The notes below the pieces were generated by a model that was not told the origin of the DNA, searched no databases, and saw only the letters and a list, made by a program, of their open reading frames with translations. A stretch of 64,000 nt of DNA from an uncultured delta proteobacterium (GTDB taxonomy: Bacteria > Myxococcota_A > Polyangia > Polyangiales > Polyangiaceae): NCBI GenBank assembly GCA_963841435.1, contig CAWJCS010000003.1, positions 1,280,001 to 1,344,000 of the forward strand, given 5' to 3'. Below, piece after piece: positions 61,188-64,000 of this stretch. Positions within the stretch are counted from its first letter, which is position 1, and each line of letters begins with the position of its first letter. Position numbers and translations under genes: made by a program.

Positions 61188-64000
61188 ATGAGGTGTGAGG
61201 GCGCACAGGCTCGCGTGCGGGCATTCGTCCTGCTGGTCGCGCTCCTGCTCTCGCTCGTGGCCTGCGGCAGGCGGGAGGCGGCGCGCTCCGACGACAAAGG
61301 CCCGACGGGCGGTGCCGACCAGGTGACCGAAGCCGCGCAGCGGCAGATCGCGGCCCTGGTGCGGGACAAGGGCACGCGCCCGCCCGCGCAACGGAAGCTC
61401 GACTCGCAGCTCGTTTACGCGCTCAGGATGCGACGCGGCGAGCCGATCGCGGCGGGCATCGAGCGGCTCGAGACGTCGGTTTCCGTCGCGCCGGATGGCA
61501 GCGTCGCCGTCGAGATCGACACGCACGCGGTCGAGCCCGTCACGGCGCTCGTCGCGGACGTGGGAGGCGAGGTCATCGGGGTGTATCCGGGGTTCGGCGG
61601 CGTCACGGCCCGCGTTCCCCTCACCGCACTCGAACGATTCGGCGCCTTGCCCGACGTGAAGTTCGTGCGGGAGCTTCGGGCACCCGTTCTCAATCGCGAG
61701 GTGGGCGAACGCGCGCAGTCGCTCGCTGCCGTCGAGCGCGCGGAAGGGCTCGGCGGCGCCTACCCCACGCGCGAGCGCCTGCGCGAGGCGCTCGCCGAGG
61801 CGGAACGGCGGCGCTCGGACCTCACGGGCGCAGGCCACAACGCCGTCGGGGGCCAGACCAACCTCGTGAATACGTCGCAGGGCGTTACCGTGCACCGCGC
61901 GGACGTCGCACAGTCGACCTACGGGGCGCTCGGACAGGGCATCAAGGTCGGCGTCCTGTCGGACAGCGTCGATTACCTCGCCCAGGTGCAGGCGCAGGGA
62001 GACCTGCCGGCCGTCACGGTGCTGTCCGGCCAGAGCGGCGTCCCCGGCACGGGCGAGGGCACGGCGATGCTCGAGATCGTGCACGACATGGCGCCGAGCG
62101 CCGAGCTCTACTTCGCGACGGCCTTTGGCGGCGTTGCGAGCTTCGCCGCAAACATCGTCGCGCTCCGTGCGGCGGGCTGCGACATCATCGTCGACGACGT
62201 CTTTTACTTCAACGAGTCGCCGTTCCAGGACGGGCCGATCGCGGCGGCGGTCAGCACCGTCACCGCGGCGGGCGCCATCTATCTGTCGTCGGCGGGCAAC
62301 GCAGGCTCGCTCGGCAAGGGAACGGCGGGGGTCTACGAGGGAAACTTCGTCGACAGTGGCACGAGCATCGCGCCGCTCAGCGGATTCGGCGCCATCAACC
62401 AATTTACGGACGGAACCACGACACTCAACTACAACCGTGTCGCCGGGACGAACGGCAGCGCCCCCGTCACGCTTTTTTGGTCGGACAGGCTCGGTGGTTC
62501 GAGCAACGACTACGATCTCTTCATCCTGAACTCGACGCTCACGGCCGTCGTCAACGCGTCCACGAATTTCCAGACGGGCACGCAGGACCCGTACGAGCAG
62601 AGCGGCATCTCGCCCTCGGTGGGGCGCCGCATCGTCGTCGTCAAGGCCACGAGCGCGCAGACCCGCTACCTCCACCTCAACTCCAACCGCGGTCGGCTCG
62701 ACATCGTCACGACGGGCCAGAACAAGGGTCATTCGGCCGCCGCCGACGCGTTCGCCGTCGCGGCCACGCCGGCCGCAAACGCCATCGGAGCAGGGCAGCC
62801 CGCGGGGCCCTACCCGAGCGCATTCAGCGCAGCGAACGTCGTCGAGAATTTCTCGTCGGACGGTGCGCGGCGCATCTTCTACGACCAGGGCGGCACGCTG
62901 CTCAACACGACGAACCCGAGCCTGCTCGCCGACGGCGGCGTGCTGCGTCAGAAGCCGGACATCACGGCGGCGGACGGCGTGTCGACGGCGACGCCCGGCT
63001 TCGATCCGTTCTTCGGCACGAGCGCGGCCGCGCCGCACGCGGCGGGCATCGTGGCGCAGATGAAAAGCGCGGCGCCCGCGGCGACGCCCGCCGAGATCCG
63101 GCTCGCGCTCACGACGACGGCCATCGATATCGAGGGCGCGGGCGTCGAGGTGAACTCGGGAGCGGGTATCGTGATGTCCGACAAGGCCGTCGCCGCCATC
63201 GCGGGCTCGCCCGACGGCACGGTCTGCACCGATGCGAGCGAATGCTCGTCGGGCAACTGCATCGACGGGGTCTGCTGCGACGAACCGTGCGGCGGCGGCG
63301 ACCCGAACGACTGCCAGGCCTGCAGCGCCGCCGGCGTGTGCGGCGCCGCGCCTTCGAGCACGGTCTGCCGCGCGGCCGTCGGCGCCTGCGACGTCGAGGA
63401 GACGTGCGGGGGCGCGGGCGTGTGTCCAGCGGATGCCGCCGTGACGCCGGGCACGGCGTGCGGCGGAGCCCCGACGGGCGTCTGCGACGCGCAAGACACC
63501 TGCTCGGGCACGGTGGGCGCCACCGCGACGTGCGCCGCCAATTTCCAACCGAGCTCCGTGGAGTGTCGGCCGGCTGCCGGCGCCTGCGACGTTGCCGAGT
63601 CGTGCACGGGCACGGGCCCCAACTGTCCGAGCGACCTGCGCGTCGCTGCGGGGACGACCTGCCGCGGTGCCGCCGACACGTGCGACGCGGTAGAGACCTG
63701 CGACGGCGTCGGCGTCGACTGTCCGACCGACGCGCGGATCCCGGCGGGAACGACCTGCCGCCCCGCTGCGGGCGTCTGCGACGTCGCGGAAGCCTGCGAT
63801 GGACTGGGCGTGAGCTGCCCGGGCGACGCGCGCCTTGCGGCCGGGACCGTGTGTCGGCCGTCGTCCGGAGCGTGCGACCCCGCAGAGGCCTGCGACGGCT
63901 CGGTGGACTGCCCGGTCGATGCCGCCGCTCCCGTGGGCACGCCCTGCGGCGGCGCGCCGAGCGGTGTCTGCGACGCCCAGGACACCTGCTCGGGAACCGT
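61188..64000 (+). CDS. S8 subtilase-like lipoprotein with disintegrin-like Cys repeats (runs off window end; absent from the ORF track)
   Basis: ATG 61188, lipobox LVAC; GIKVGVLSDS, GEGTAMLE, SSAGNAG, FFGTSAAAPHAA; repeated CRxAAGxCDVxExC units from about 63360. Confidence 0.85.
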   Translation, partial: MRCEGAQARVRAFVLLVALLLSLVACGRREAARSDDKGPTGGADQVTEAAQRQIAALVRDKGTRPPAQRKLDSQLVYALRMRRGEPIAAGIERLETSVSVAPDGSVAVEIDTHAVEPVTALVADVGGEVIGVYPGFGGVTARVPLTALERFGALPDVKFVRELRAPVLNREVGERAQSLAAVERAEGLGGAYPTRERLREALAEAERRRSDLTGAGHNAVGGQTNLVNTSQGVTVHRADVAQSTYGALGQGIKVGVLSDSVDYLAQVQAQGDLPAVTVLSGQSGVPGTGEGTAMLEIVHDMAPSAELYFATAFGGVASFAANIVALRAAGCDIIVDDVFYFNESPFQDGPIAAAVSTVTAAGAIYLSSAGNAGSLGKGTAGVYEGNFVDSGTSIAPLSGFGAINQFTDGTTTLNYNRVAGTNGSAPVTLFWSDRLGGSSNDYDLFILNSTLTAVVNASTNFQTGTQDPYEQSGISPSVGRRIVVVKATSAQTRYLHLNSNRGRLDIVTTGQNKGHSAAADAFAVAATPAANAIGAGQPAGPYPSAFSAANVVENFSSDGARRIFYDQGGTLLNTTNPSLLADGGVLRQKPDITAADGVSTATPGFDPFFGTSAAAPHAAGIVAQMKSAAPAATPAEIRLALTTTAIDIEGAGVEVNSGAGIVMSDKAVAAIAGSPDGTVCTDASECSSGNCIDGVCCDEPCGGGDPNDCQACSAAGVCGAAPSSTVCRAAVGACDVEETCGGAGVCPADAAVTPGTACGGAPTGVCDAQDTCSGTVGATATCAANFQPSSVECRPAAGACDVAESCTGTGPNCPSDLRVAAGTTCRGAADTCDAVETCDGVGVDCPTDARIPAGTTCRPAAGVCDVAEACDGLGVSCPGDARLAAGTVCRPSSGACDPAEACDGSVDCPVDAAAPVGTPCGGAPSGVCDAQDTCSGT

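Noticed and set aside
63210-64000. ~117-nt periodic repeats as a DNA repeat array
   Set aside because: In-frame Cys-rich protein repeats of the subtilase.

Overview
High-GC, myxobacterial-looking chromosomal window (MYXO-CTERM protein, FHA- and kinase-fused sigma54 activators, many lipoproteins). It holds the core transcription/translation cluster on the minus strand: tRNA-Thr-Tyr-Gly-Thr, tuf, rpmG, tRNA-Trp, secE, nusG, rplKAJL, rpoBC; then a ~17 kb accessory block; then rpsL, rpsG, fusA, tuf, rpsJ, rplD, rplW, rplB, rpsS. rplC is missing from the S10 operon, which also stops after rpsS. About twelve single-base frameshifts, six of them in rpoB/rpoC, most likely reflect read or assembly errors. 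Most notable observations: (1) a probably leaderless Phe/Tyr/Trp-rich leader peptide with terminator/antiterminator upstream of DAHP synthase; (2) a four-copy dispersed intergenic repeat seen only in translation-operon spacers; (3) a degenerate tRNA-like element inside the tRNA operon; (4) two EF-Tu copies with a non-canonical switch-I loop, plus an S12 insertion; (5) a PPi-type PEPCK, a stand-alone tandem PARP-type zinc-finger protein and two Glu-type subtilases with different Cys-rich tails. All assignments come from reading motifs by eye; no database searches were run.
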